64,000 nt of DNA from assembly GCA_963751595.1 (NCBI GenBank), contig CAVVVC010000001.1, positions 875,741-939,740 of the forward strand. The letters run 5' to 3'. This document shows, piece after piece, positions 53,545 to 63,521 of this stretch. A program made the position numbers and the translations under genes. Each line of letters starts with the position of its first letter. Position 1 is the stretch's first letter. This DNA comes from an uncultured Gammaproteobacteria bacterium (GTDB lineage Bacteria; Pseudomonadota; Gammaproteobacteria; Pseudomonadales; JAHEGP01). The notes under the pieces were generated by a model that was not told the DNA's origin, searched no databases, and saw nothing but the letters and a program-made list of their open reading frames with translations.

Positions 53545-55218
53545 TCAGTGGTTCGCTGACGACCCGCTGGTGGCCCCGGTTATGCCCACAGCCCGGTTGA
53601 CCGGGTCGATGAGCACGCCGGGATTGAGAATTCCCGCCGGGTCGAGCTGCTGCTTGACCGCAGCCAGCGCCTGGCGAAACAGGGCAGGGGACTGCTTTTC
53701 ATAGCCACCGCGATGGTCTCGCCCCACCGCATGATGGTGGGTGACAGTGCCGCCCAGTGACACCACAGCCTCGCTGGCTACCTGCTTGATATCCCGCCAC
53801 ACAGCCAACGCAGAATCCATGTCGCCGCGATTGCTACCCACGGCATAGAAGGTAAAGTAGGGCGCCGGACCGTCCGGATAAATGTGGGTAAAGCGACATG
53901 AAACCAGCGGGGCGCGGCCGGTAAGCCTTTCGATGGCCTCACCCACCTGTTGCCGCACACCCTGGTAGAGCGCCTCGAATCCGTCCCAGGTAATGGCCGT
54001 TTCGAAGGTATCGGCGATAATACCCATGGGGGTCAGTAAATTGCGGTAATAGGGCATGCGGATAAAGGCATTGCGCCACTCCTGTGCCGGAGCAGCGCCT
54101 CCCTGTCCATCGGCAGCTACCACTTGCTCGCCGCCGAAGTCCGCCGTCAACTGCAGTGCCCGCTGCATCCAGGCGTCCAAACCATGGTCCGCCGATTCGA
54201 AGCCCAGCACCAACACGGCGCAGTTGCCATCACCCACATTATTGAGAAAGGCCTCGAGGGGATCCAGCAAACGACAGTTGCTGGGGAACAGCCCGGATTG
54301 TGACAATGCCCGGGTGGCTGCCACCGCGTTATCAAAGCGCGAGAAGCGAACCGACGTCGACTCCTTATGCACGGGCAGATGCTGTAAACGCAACCAGGCA
54401 TCAGTGATCAGTCCCAGGGTTCCTTCCGAACCAATCACCATGCGATCGGGCGAAGGTCCCGCCCCCGAACCCGGCAGACGTCGGCTGGCCATGACACCCG
54501 CGGGGGTGACCATCCGGGTGGACTCGACGAAATCATCGATATGGGTATACAAGCTGGCAAAATGCCCACCGGCCCGGGTAGCGATCCAACCCCCGAGGCT
54601 GGAAAACTGGAAGCTCTGGGGGAAGTGGCGCAGGGTCAGCCCGTGGGGGCGCAACTGCGCTTCCAGGGCGGGCCCGAGAACACCGGCCTGGATGCGCGCA
54701 GCGCGACTGCTGGTATCGACTTCCAGAACCTTGTTCAGCTTTTCCATGTCCAGAGACAGGGTGCCTGCATAGGCATCGCCGACCGCCGGCTCCACCCCAC
54801 CGCAGACACTGGTACCCCCGCCGAACGGAATGACCGCAATGTTCTGGTTCGACGCCCAGTCGAGCAGATCGACCAGTTCCTGCTCACTGCGGGGGAAAGC
54901 CACTGCATCCGGCGCCGGCGGCCGCTGGCGAGCACACCAGCGCAGCATGTCAGCACAGGATTTGCCGTAGCTGTGAATCAGGCGGTCGTAGTGATGGATC
55001 GACACGATCGGCTGCAGGGATCCCGGAACCGTAAGCCGCGAAGCAGACAGTTCGAACTCGTTCAGACCAGGCTCGTTGACCGTGATCAAGCCCTCGGGGC
55101 ACAGTTGCGCCGCCATTTGCTCGATCAGGCCCGTTTCGCTTGCGCTGAGCATCTCGTCGGCATAGCCCCAACCCCAAAAACGCAATGGTTTACGGCCCGA
55201 TAAAGTCGCTACTGTCAT
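53545..55218 (-). CDS. FAD-binding oxidoreductase (alkyl-DHAP-synthase/FAD-linked oxidase-like)
   Basis: Start chosen at ATG 55218 (MTVATLSGRKPLRFWGWGYADE). FAD-binding PCMH-type region (VIPFGGGTSVCGG). The C-terminus HHHAVGRDH is typical of the family. Confidence 0.7.
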   Translation of the reverse strand: MTVATLSGRKPLRFWGWGYADEMLSASETGLIEQMAAQLCPEGLITVNEPGLNEFELSASRLTVPGSLQPIVSIHHYDRLIHSYGKSCADMLRWCARQRPPAPDAVAFPRSEQELVDLLDWASNQNIAVIPFGGGTSVCGGVEPAVGDAYAGTLSLDMEKLNKVLEVDTSSRAARIQAGVLGPALEAQLRPHGLTLRHFPQSFQFSSLGGWIATRAGGHFASLYTHIDDFVESTRMVTPAGVMASRRLPGSGAGPSPDRMVIGSEGTLGLITDAWLRLQHLPVHKESTSVRFSRFDNAVAATRALSQSGLFPSNCRLLDPLEAFLNNVGDGNCAVLVLGFESADHGLDAWMQRALQLTADFGGEQVVAADGQGGAAPAQEWRNAFIRMPYYRNLLTPMGIIADTFETAITWDGFEALYQGVRQQVGEAIERLTGRAPLVSCRFTHIYPDGPAPYFTFYAVGSNRGDMDSALAVWRDIKQVASEAVVSLGGTVTHHHAVGRDHRGGYEKQSPALFRQALAAVKQQLDPAGILNPGVLIDPVNRAVGITGATSGSSANH

Positions 55219-55526
55219 TGCCTGTGCACCCTGTAACACCCATGGAAGAAGGGGCAGAGTATCACAGGCACCCCCAGGGCTGTGCAGGCCCGCATTGGTT
55301 GCTGACAACGCGAATTCCCGGCAAGACAATGCTTATTGCTCTGTTCACGGTTATTCCTTTGCTAAGGCTGTTCTGGATCAATAGTTAAACCCCCACCGGT
55401 CTGGTAGCATTGCATGGTGGTAGTCGCAAGCCGCGCACTTGACTGTGGGTCCAATATCCGGGCCGGTTGCTGTGGACAGCGGGAGTCGCCCGTCACGATC
55501 GATTCGAACTCATTTTTAAGGCAGCC

Positions 55527-57062
55527 ATGACCAAAACCCAGGCCACACATTTTATTTGCTCCGGACCGGAAATCCTCCAACAACTACAGCTTCCCGAACC
55601 CTATCAGTTAGACGGGAGTCCGGATAATCTGGTACCGGTTGCGGCACTGGACAACTTTGACAACCAGCTGCTGCGGCGCAATCAGGTGCTTCTGCAATCC
55701 TCCGAGGAGTTGTTCCTGCTGGACGATGCGGGCCTGCTGACAGCGCCACTGGCAAGCAAGCAGATGGGCTTCATGCCGGATAGCATCCCGGACGCTTTAA
55801 AGCCGGCCCTGGGCGGTGTGGAGGCGCTGCGCAGACTGGTGCCTGTTGCACACTTCGCCCTGCAACACTGCAGCTCCCGTCTGCTCGACGATGACCGCAA
55901 GACCTGCGCCAGGCTCACCCTGTTGCAGATCGACTCCACAGCCGGCGTGCATGTGAACTGGATTGAGCTGCACCCTCTGCGGGGCTACGACAGCGCCTTC
56001 AAACTGCTGCGCCAGCAATTTCTCGACCTCGGTGCGAAGGAGCACGCCGAGCCCGTGCAATTACTGCAGCAGCTGGGATATAGCGACAGCGGATACCAGA
56101 ACAACCCGCCGGTTGCATTGTCGCCTGATTTGACAGCCCAGGTTGCAGCCAGGCGCATGGTATCGACCTTTCTCGGCGTGGCGCGGCAAAATGAACAGGG
56201 CATCATCGATGATCTCGACACCGAGTTTCTGCATGACTACAGGGTGAGTTTGCGCCGTGTTCGCTCGCTGATATCCCTGTTCAAAGGGGTTTGGGACGAT
56301 GCCACCGAACAGCAACTGAAGCAGCGCTTTTCTGCCATCATGAGGATTACCAACCGGCTGCGCGACCTCGACGTCTACCTGCTCGACCAGGCAAGCTACT
56401 ACACCCTGCTGCCAGTGTCGATGCACCCCGGCATAGACGATATTTTTGCCTCATTCGCACGGGAGCGGGCGCAGCAAAGCCGTGAGTTGGCGGCACACCT
56501 TCGGTCCGAAGCTTACAAGCGCGAAATTACCGCACTGGAGCAGCTTTTTGAGGGTGACAATGACAGCATGGCCGTGGGTGAACGCGCTGAAGATAATGTG
56601 CTGGAGTACGGTTGTCGCCTGATAACCAAACGCTACCGGAAAGTGTGCCGCATCGCGTCCAAGATTGACGAGGACACCCCCGATGAGGAGGTGCATGAGC
56701 TGCGATTGCAGTGTAAAAAGCTGCGTTACCTGCTCGACTTTTTCAGCCCATTGCTGGACCGAAAACAGGTACGTGTGCTGATCAAATCCCTGAAGTCCCT
56801 GCAGGACAACCTGGGTCGTTTCAACGATTACTCCTCGCAACAACTGTCTTTGCAGGCTTTCCTCGATGAGCAACTGGCCAGTCGCAAGCAGGTCGGACCC
56901 AAGATGATAGAAGCGATCGGGGCCTTGATCATTTTGAAGCATCAGCTTCAACTCAAGGAACGGGCCCTCGTCATGGGCAGTTTCGAAGCCTTTAATAGCG
57001 CCAAAACACGCCAGATCATAGAAAACCTGTGCCGTGAGAGCACCAAACCAAGTGGGGTCTAA
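55527..57062 (+). CDS. CHAD-domain protein with degenerate CYTH-like N-terminal region
   Basis: Start chosen at ATG 55527. CHAD helices (FLHDYRVSLRRVRSLISLFKG; VHELRLQCKKLRYLLDFF). The N-terminal ~200 aa lack an ExExK motif. Confidence 0.7.
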   Translation: MTKTQATHFICSGPEILQQLQLPEPYQLDGSPDNLVPVAALDNFDNQLLRRNQVLLQSSEELFLLDDAGLLTAPLASKQMGFMPDSIPDALKPALGGVEALRRLVPVAHFALQHCSSRLLDDDRKTCARLTLLQIDSTAGVHVNWIELHPLRGYDSAFKLLRQQFLDLGAKEHAEPVQLLQQLGYSDSGYQNNPPVALSPDLTAQVAARRMVSTFLGVARQNEQGIIDDLDTEFLHDYRVSLRRVRSLISLFKGVWDDATEQQLKQRFSAIMRITNRLRDLDVYLLDQASYYTLLPVSMHPGIDDIFASFARERAQQSRELAAHLRSEAYKREITALEQLFEGDNDSMAVGERAEDNVLEYGCRLITKRYRKVCRIASKIDEDTPDEEVHELRLQCKKLRYLLDFFSPLLDRKQVRVLIKSLKSLQDNLGRFNDYSSQQLSLQAFLDEQLASRKQVGPKMIEAIGALIILKHQLQLKERALVMGSFEAFNSAKTRQIIENLCRESTKPSGV

Positions 57063-57814
57063 TGAAAATAATAGCGAGTTACAGTAATAAAGGTGGGGTG
57101 GGGAAAACCGCAAGTTCGGTCAACCTCGCCTATGCTTTCGCCAAAGCAGGGCGCCGCACGCTGCTTTGCGATCTTGATCCACAGGGTGCCTCAAGCTTTT
57201 ATTTCCGGGTAAAGCCCTCAAAAAAACTCAAGGATCAGGCGTTCTTCTCCGACGTGAAACGCTTCACCTCCGCAATCCGCGCCAGTGACTACGATGGCCT
57301 CGATCTGCTGCCCGCCAATATGAGCTTCCGCGATTTCGATATCTTCCTGTCGCGAATGCGCAACAGCCGGTCCCGTCTGAAGAAGGCACTCAAGTCGGTG
57401 GGATCGGATTACGACATCATCCTGCTCGACTGCCCTCCCAACATTTCACTGCTGTCTGAGAGCGTGTTCAAATGTTCCGACTTCATTCTGGTGCCGGTGA
57501 TACCGACAACACTGTCGGAGCGTACCCTTAGTCAGCTCTATCAGTTTTTTGATGAGCACAATTACAAGAAGAAAAAACTGCTGCCGTATTTCTCCATGGT
57601 GCAAAAGCAAAAAAAGCTGCATCGTGAAACCATCAAGCGCCTGACGCGACAGTACAAGAATACCTTACCCAACGAGATACCATTCTCCAGCGACATCGAG
57701 AAAATGGGAATACACCGGGCCCCAGTAGCGACCTTTGCGAACAGCCGCAGTAGCGCGAAAGCCTACAACGCGCTGTTCAAGGCAGTGGACAAACGGCTCT
57801 CCAAGCAACGATAA
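57062..57814 (+). CDS. ParA/Soj-family ATPase
   Basis: 250 aa with the deviant Walker A SNKGGVGKTASSVNLA and DLDPQGASS. The ATG overlaps the CHAD stop (TAATG). Confidence 0.8.
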   Translation: MKIIASYSNKGGVGKTASSVNLAYAFAKAGRRTLLCDLDPQGASSFYFRVKPSKKLKDQAFFSDVKRFTSAIRASDYDGLDLLPANMSFRDFDIFLSRMRNSRSRLKKALKSVGSDYDIILLDCPPNISLLSESVFKCSDFILVPVIPTTLSERTLSQLYQFFDEHNYKKKKLLPYFSMVQKQKKLHRETIKRLTRQYKNTLPNEIPFSSDIEKMGIHRAPVATFANSRSSAKAYNALFKAVDKRLSKQR

Positions 57815-57955
57815 ACTCTATTTTATTTGAGTGAAATAATTTTAATTGAGGTGTTTTTATTTAATTTTCCTGGAGCGTGGACTTTCTATTTTTAACGTTT
57901 TATTCTTCGCGTGCACGTTCTTTCAAAATGGATAATAGCGATCAGAGGCGGAGCT

Positions 57956-59530
57956 ATGATAAAACAAAAATTGTCCCTGGGCCGTTCAAGGCTCACGGCA
58001 ACCCTGGCCTTTCTGGGCATGGTTTGCTCGACAGCGGTATTCGCTGCTGAAAAACCCAATATTCTCGTGATCTGGGGTGATGATGTGGGTCGGTCCAACA
58101 TCAGCGCCTACACCAGGGGAATGATGGGTTACAAGACACCCAACATCGACCGCATCGCTGAAGAGGGGATGCTGTTCACCGATTACTACGGTGAGCAGAG
58201 TTGCACCGCTGGGCGATCATCCTTCATTATGGGACAGTCGGTCTTTCGCACGGGCCTGAGCAAGGTGGGCCTGCCCGGGGCGACGCTGGGTATGCAGCCC
58301 GAGGACCCGACGATAGCCGGTTTGTTGAAAAACCACGGCTATGTGACCGGCCAGTTCGGCAAGAATCACCTCGGTGACCGCGACGAAATGCTGCCCACCA
58401 ACCATGGCTTCGATGAATTTTACGGTAACCTCTATCACCTCAACGCCGAGGAAGAGCCGGAACACTACGACTACCCCAAGGATCCTGAGTTCAGGAAGCG
58501 CTACGGGCCCCGGGGAGTGATCCACTCCTTTGCCGATGGCAAAATCGAAGACACCGGTCCCTTGACCCGCAAGCGCATGGAGACCGTGGACGACGATACG
58601 GCTGCCCGGGCGATGAAATTCATCGACAAGGCGGTGAAAGACAAGAAGCCCTTCTTCGTCTGGTGGAGCGGCACCCGGATGCATTTTCGCACCCATGTCA
58701 GTGATGCAACCATGGCTAAGGTCAAGGAACAGTATCCACGGGCTGACGAGTACACGGCAGGTATGCTCGAGCATGACATGCACATCGGGCTGTTCCTCAA
58801 GCAACTGGACGATCTGGGCATAGCCGACAATACCATCGTGTTTTACTCCACCGACAACGGCCCCCATATGAACACCTGGCCGGACGCGGCGATGACCCCC
58901 TTCCGGGGCGAGAAAAACACCAACTGGGAAGGCGGTTGGCGGGTGCCCGCCATGGTGCGCTGGCCCGGGAAAATTGAGGCCGGCTCTGTTTCCAACGAGA
59001 TCATGCACCACATGGACTGGCTGCCGACCTTCCTGGCCGCTGCCGGCGAACCCGATGTCAAGGAGAAGTTGCTGAAAGGGCACAAAGCCATCGGCCGAAA
59101 TTACAAGGTGCACCTCGACGGTTACAACTTCCTGCCTTTCCTCACCGGCAAGACCAAGGAAACCGATCGCAGGGAGATCTTCTACTTTTCGGATGATGGC
59201 GACCTGACGGCACTGCGTTATAACGATTGGAAGCTGATCTTCATGGAGCAGAAGACCCCCGGCGGCTTCAGGGTCTGGATGGAACCCTTCGTGCCGCTGC
59301 GAGTCCCCCTGATGTTTAATTTGCGCCGCGATCCCTACGAGCGCGCTGAAATAACATCCAACACTTATTACGATTGGTTGATCGACCATGCCTACCTGTT
59401 GGTACCGGCACAGGACTACGTCGGGCAATTCCTGATGACCTTTAGGGACTACCCGCCACGGCAGAAAGCGGCCAGCTTCTCCCTGGATCAGGTCATGGAA
59501 AAACTGACTGCGCCCCCGGGCAATCCGTAA
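57956..59530 (+). CDS. Arylsulfatase (type I sulfatase)
   Basis: Start at ATG 57956 (signal peptide LAFLGMVCSTAVFA). NILVIWGDDVG. FGly site reads SCTAGRSSFIMG (C-x-A-x-R). GKNHLGD. Confidence 0.8.
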   Translation: MIKQKLSLGRSRLTATLAFLGMVCSTAVFAAEKPNILVIWGDDVGRSNISAYTRGMMGYKTPNIDRIAEEGMLFTDYYGEQSCTAGRSSFIMGQSVFRTGLSKVGLPGATLGMQPEDPTIAGLLKNHGYVTGQFGKNHLGDRDEMLPTNHGFDEFYGNLYHLNAEEEPEHYDYPKDPEFRKRYGPRGVIHSFADGKIEDTGPLTRKRMETVDDDTAARAMKFIDKAVKDKKPFFVWWSGTRMHFRTHVSDATMAKVKEQYPRADEYTAGMLEHDMHIGLFLKQLDDLGIADNTIVFYSTDNGPHMNTWPDAAMTPFRGEKNTNWEGGWRVPAMVRWPGKIEAGSVSNEIMHHMDWLPTFLAAAGEPDVKEKLLKGHKAIGRNYKVHLDGYNFLPFLTGKTKETDRREIFYFSDDGDLTALRYNDWKLIFMEQKTPGGFRVWMEPFVPLRVPLMFNLRRDPYERAEITSNTYYDWLIDHAYLLVPAQDYVGQFLMTFRDYPPRQKAASFSLDQVMEKLTAPPGNP

Positions 59531-59548
59531 TAAGCCACATGCTTGCAA

Positions 59549-59573
59549 GGGGTCTCTTCGGAGGCCCTTTTTT
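59549..59573 (+). terminator. Rho-independent terminator after the sulfatase gene
   Basis: Stem GGGTCTC (59550-59556) / GAGGCCC (59561-59567) with one G-U pair, loop TTCG, followed by TTTTTT. Confidence 0.65.
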
Positions 59574-59724
59574 GTGGCCATGGGTTTTTAATGATAATGA
59601 CCGCGATTGACTGCGTTTCGGCAGCCGCGAGCTAGCGCGCTTGCAGTATCAGGGCGCTACCCGCAACCTTCCGGGAACCCTGGTTCATGTTGGTGACCCT
59701 GAGCGGTTTATAGCGCATGGTATA

Positions 59725-60498
59725 ATGGACGCCATGAAGAAAGATTTACACCCCTATCTCGAACATCCGGGAGTTCTTGCCTTCGCCCACCGGGGCGGGG
59801 CGGAGGAACACCCGGAAAATACCATGCGCGCGTTTACCGCCGCCGTCGATATGGGCTATCGCTATATTGAAACCGATGTCCATATCACTGCTGACGGACG
59901 CCTGCTGGCCTTTCACGATGACCGTCTTGATCGAGTCTGCGATGGTGAAGGCCTGGTCCAGGAATTGCCCTGGTCCGTGGTGAGGGATGCGAGAGTGGCG
60001 GGCAGCGAGCCCATTGTTGAGCTCGCCGAATTGCTGGAGACATTCGCCGACACCCGGTTTAACCTCGATATCAAACACTGGGATGCACTGGAGCCGACCC
60101 TCGATCTGCTGGATCGCATGGACTGCTGGGATAGGGTCTGCATCGGCTCATTTTCTGATCGCCGCCTGGGCAGGGTGCGCAGCGCCATCATCCAGAGCAA
60201 GCTCAGGGCATGTACCTCGATGGGGCCGCTGGGGGTGTTTGCCATGAAGGCCCGGGAGTTGCGCCTGCCGCTGCGCTCCAGGGCGCACTGTGCCCAGGTT
60301 CCGGTCAGTCATGCGGGCATTCCTGTGGTCACCCGGGGGTTTGTAAAAGCCTGCCACAACCTGGGAATGCAGGTTCACGTGTGGACGATTGACGATCCTC
60401 AGGAGATGCGGCGGTTGCTCGACCTCGGCGTAGACGGCCTGATGACCGACAAGCCATCACTGTTGAAGCAAGTGCTGGTGGAAATGGGGCGCTGGTAG
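59725..60498 (+). CDS. Glycerophosphodiester phosphodiesterase family protein
   Basis: AFAHRGG...ENTMRAF...YIETDVHITADGRLLAFHDD are GDPD motifs. The start is uncertain (ATG 59725 or 59734; the ORF track gives 59641). Confidence 0.75.
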   Translation: MDAMKKDLHPYLEHPGVLAFAHRGGAEEHPENTMRAFTAAVDMGYRYIETDVHITADGRLLAFHDDRLDRVCDGEGLVQELPWSVVRDARVAGSEPIVELAELLETFADTRFNLDIKHWDALEPTLDLLDRMDCWDRVCIGSFSDRRLGRVRSAIIQSKLRACTSMGPLGVFAMKARELRLPLRSRAHCAQVPVSHAGIPVVTRGFVKACHNLGMQVHVWTIDDPQEMRRLLDLGVDGLMTDKPSLLKQVLVEMGRW

Positions 60499-60568
60499 GG
60501 CTTAGCCAGACCAGGGGCAGGTCATCGGATACCGTCAGCCGGTGTGTAACTGTAGCCGTTGTGCCGGT

Positions 60569-61258
60569 TCACCCTATCAATAACACCGAGAGATTGCGTG
60601 GCCCGTGGGCTCCAAACACCTGGGTCATACCAACATCTGCGGTGCTGGAGGGGCCGGATATTCCATGGGTGGCACGGGAAGTCTGTCCCTTCCATGCCTC
60701 GCGGCACAGCTGCCATGCCTCCTCCCAGGAGCCGACAATAGCCTTTGCGTCCAACAGGATGACATGGTGGTCAGGCAGAAAATTGAGCGAGCTCGGGTTA
60801 TTCGGGCCCGAGGTCACCAGGGCGGTGCCGCTTTCCGCGATGCCGCAAAGTGCCTCGCTGATGGCGAGGGCATCAGTGGCAAGGGCGGCGCGCTGCTCGA
60901 ATTGAATCCCGGCAGCCTGCCAGGGTAGTCGCGCCAGGGCAGCCCCACCCACCAGCACTGCAGGCAGTTGCTCCTTCTTCACGTAGCCATTGACCCAACC
61001 CGGGACTTCATCTATTGAAGCCAACTCGGCAACGCCAATGTGGGTTTTTTCCATTTGCTCGATCAAGCCGGAACGCGGGTCGGGGTTGAAGACCGGATGC
61101 GGGCGGTTAGCGGCAGGCGCCGCCAGGTCTCGGTGGGCATGCTGCAGCCGCCCCAGAATACGTTCGCGATCAGTCGTCACTCGCTCGAACCCCGCTGCCG
61201 GTCCGTTGCCACTGGTTGAGAAAGGTTTGTCCCTGGGGAGCCGGAAAATCCCGAACAT
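60569..61258 (-). CDS. lutC: Lactate utilization protein C (LUD domain)
   Basis: Third gene of the lutABC operon. DRERILGRLQ is an N-terminal motif. The true start may be GTG 61180, which overlaps the lutB end by 11 nt. Confidence 0.7.
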   Translation of the reverse strand: MFGIFRLPRDKPFSTSGNGPAAGFERVTTDRERILGRLQHAHRDLAAPAANRPHPVFNPDPRSGLIEQMEKTHIGVAELASIDEVPGWVNGYVKKEQLPAVLVGGAALARLPWQAAGIQFEQRAALATDALAISEALCGIAESGTALVTSGPNNPSSLNFLPDHHVILLDAKAIVGSWEEAWQLCREAWKGQTSRATHGISGPSSTADVGMTQVFGAHGPRNLSVLLIG

Positions 61259-62600
61259 CCGTCCACCCGTTTGCCAGCAGCAAAGAGCGAAAGCGGCGCT
61301 TCCTGCCCGCCAGTTTTGCCATCAATGGCATCACCAAACGCGATCCCCAGCGGTAGAGCGTCGGGTGGGCAAGGAGGTGCATGTAGGCCCGAATCCCCCA
61401 GCGCCAGCGACGCGGGTTCAGCTTTTGCTGCACGGTTTCTGCACGCAGTTGGCGCAGCATATCCGGCAGCGGAATATCCATGGGACAGGCCTCCTGGCAA
61501 CGCCCGCAGGTGGTGCAGGCAACGGGCAGGTCGGTGGCGCCCTCGAGGCCCTGCATCAGCGGTGTCAGTACCGAGCCCATGGGGCCCGGGTACACCCACC
61601 CGTAGGCATGCCCACCGACGTGGGTATAAACAGGGCAATGATTGAGACAGGAGCCACAGCGGATGCAGCGCAGCATTTCACGGTATTCGCCGGCCAACAT
61701 TTCCGAGCGACCATTGTCCAGCAGCACCACATGGAACTGCTCCGGGCCGTCGATATCCCGTTCGCGTTTCGGGCCACTGTAAAAGCTGGTGTAACAGGTA
61801 ATTGCCTGTCCGGTTGCGCTGCGGGTAAGGAGCCGCAGCAGGGAGCTGGCATCGTCCAGGGTGGGCAGAACCTTTTCGATACTGCTGGCAACGATCTGCA
61901 CCCGGGGCAGGGTGCTGCAGAGGTCGCCGTTGCCTTCGTTGGTCACCAGCAGGGTACTGCCGGTTTCAGCGATCAGGGCATTGGCGCCGACAATACCGAC
62001 ATCAGCGGCGCCAAACCGATTGCGTAACATCTGTCGCGCCTCGGTCACGATTGCGGTCGGGTCTGGCAACTCGCGCTCACCAAGGTCATGATGGTGAAGA
62101 AACAATTGGCGTACCTGGTCGACCGTCTTGTGAATCGCCGGCACCACGATATGGCTGGGATGCTCCCTGGCGAGCTGGATGATGTATTCACCCAGGTCGG
62201 TTTCCAGCAGGTCCAGCCCCGCATCCTGCAGGGCCTGGTTGAGTCCGGTCTCTTCGGTGACCATGGATTTGCCCTTGACCACGCGCTCGGCACCGGCAGT
62301 CTGGCAGATATTGGTAATGATGCGGTTGAACGCTTCCGGAGTTTCCGCCCAATGCACCTGCCCACCGTTGGCCTTTACCGCCGCCTCGAACTGCTCGAGG
62401 TAAGCGGCCATATTCGCCAGGGTGTGATCCTTCATTTGTACGACGTACTGCCGCTGCTCCTCGAAGTTGCCAATGGCATCCATCGCCAGTTGCCGCTTGC
62501 GGGGCATCCCGTCCCCGAGCACACCCAGCGACGATTGCAGGTCAGGGTTGCCGATACCCTCGCGGGAGCGTGCAATAAAATCCTGGCTGTGGAGGTTCAC
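61170..62600 (-). CDS. lutB: Lactate utilization protein B (4Fe-4S ferredoxin-type)
   Basis: 476 aa with two Cys clusters (CIRCGSCLNHCP; CTTCGRCQEACP) plus a LUD domain. Confidence 0.85.
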   Translation of the reverse strand: MNLHSQDFIARSREGIGNPDLQSSLGVLGDGMPRKRQLAMDAIGNFEEQRQYVVQMKDHTLANMAAYLEQFEAAVKANGGQVHWAETPEAFNRIITNICQTAGAERVVKGKSMVTEETGLNQALQDAGLDLLETDLGEYIIQLAREHPSHIVVPAIHKTVDQVRQLFLHHHDLGERELPDPTAIVTEARQMLRNRFGAADVGIVGANALIAETGSTLLVTNEGNGDLCSTLPRVQIVASSIEKVLPTLDDASSLLRLLTRSATGQAITCYTSFYSGPKRERDIDGPEQFHVVLLDNGRSEMLAGEYREMLRCIRCGSCLNHCPVYTHVGGHAYGWVYPGPMGSVLTPLMQGLEGATDLPVACTTCGRCQEACPMDIPLPDMLRQLRAETVQQKLNPRRWRWGIRAYMHLLAHPTLYRWGSRLVMPLMAKLAGRKRRFRSLLLANGWTDVRDFPAPQGQTFLNQWQRTGSGVRASDD

Positions 62601-63397
62601 GCGTCGTCACCCTGGCCAATGGCGGGGTCGCCGGGGCGCCCTGCAAGCACTTCTGCAATATGCCTGACATCGATGGCATGACCCTCCCGGCTCGCGCGTC
62701 CGGCGATGTTCAGAAGACAGCCCATATCACCCCCGAGCAGCAGACCGGCCCCGGTGGCACGGGCATTGGCCAGTTTAGCGTCCACCATTTCCCGGGATAT
62801 GTCGGGCAGCTTGGCACAGAAGGTGCCACCGAACCCGCAGCAGACATCAGTATCTTCCATTTCCCTGAGCTCGAGGGCCGAAACGCCCCCCAACAGCGCC
62901 CGGGGCTGCTGCTTGACGCCCAACTCCCGCAGGCCGGCGCAACTGTCGTGGTAACACACGGTAACGGACTCGTCGGTGCCCGCCAGGCGCTGTGGATCAA
63001 ACGCCAGGATATCGACCAGAAAAGTGGTCAGCTCGAAACAGCGCTCAGCGAGGTGTTGAGCGCGGGACTCCCACTGGGGATCACCGGCCAACAAGCGCGG
63101 GTAGTGGTGCTTCACCATGCCGATACAGGAGCCGGAGGGTGCCACCACATACTGGTAGCCTTCAAAGTTTGCGACGAACTGCCGGGCAATCGTTTTGCTG
63201 GCCGGAAAATCACCGGCATTATAGCCGGGCTGGCCACAGCAACTCTGGTTCTGCGGCACCAAAACCTCGCAACCGGCGCGTTCCAGCAAGTCGACCGTGG
63301 CAAACCCGACGGAGGGCCTGAACAGATCAACCAGGCAGGTAACGAACAATGCCACCTGGGGTCGATTGGCTGATGGCAAATTACCGGGCTGCGACAC
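62597..63397 (-). CDS. lutA: Lactate utilization protein A (CCG-domain Fe-S oxidoreductase)
   Basis: 266 aa. VALFVTCLVDLFRP and CCGQPGYNAG / CCGFGG are CCG motifs. Overlaps lutB by 4 nt. Confidence 0.85.
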   Translation of the reverse strand: MSQPGNLPSANRPQVALFVTCLVDLFRPSVGFATVDLLERAGCEVLVPQNQSCCGQPGYNAGDFPASKTIARQFVANFEGYQYVVAPSGSCIGMVKHHYPRLLAGDPQWESRAQHLAERCFELTTFLVDILAFDPQRLAGTDESVTVCYHDSCAGLRELGVKQQPRALLGGVSALELREMEDTDVCCGFGGTFCAKLPDISREMVDAKLANARATGAGLLLGGDMGCLLNIAGRASREGHAIDVRHIAEVLAGRPGDPAIGQGDDA

Positions 63398-63521
63398 TGG
63401 CTTTCCTCAGTTCAACGTAGCGTGGAGTCCGCAGTCATTTGCAGCTTTGCCGCGGACCCTGCACAATTCGACTCAGCCATAACAACACAACTACGACTAC
63501 TTGGCAACGAGAGCTTGGCGT

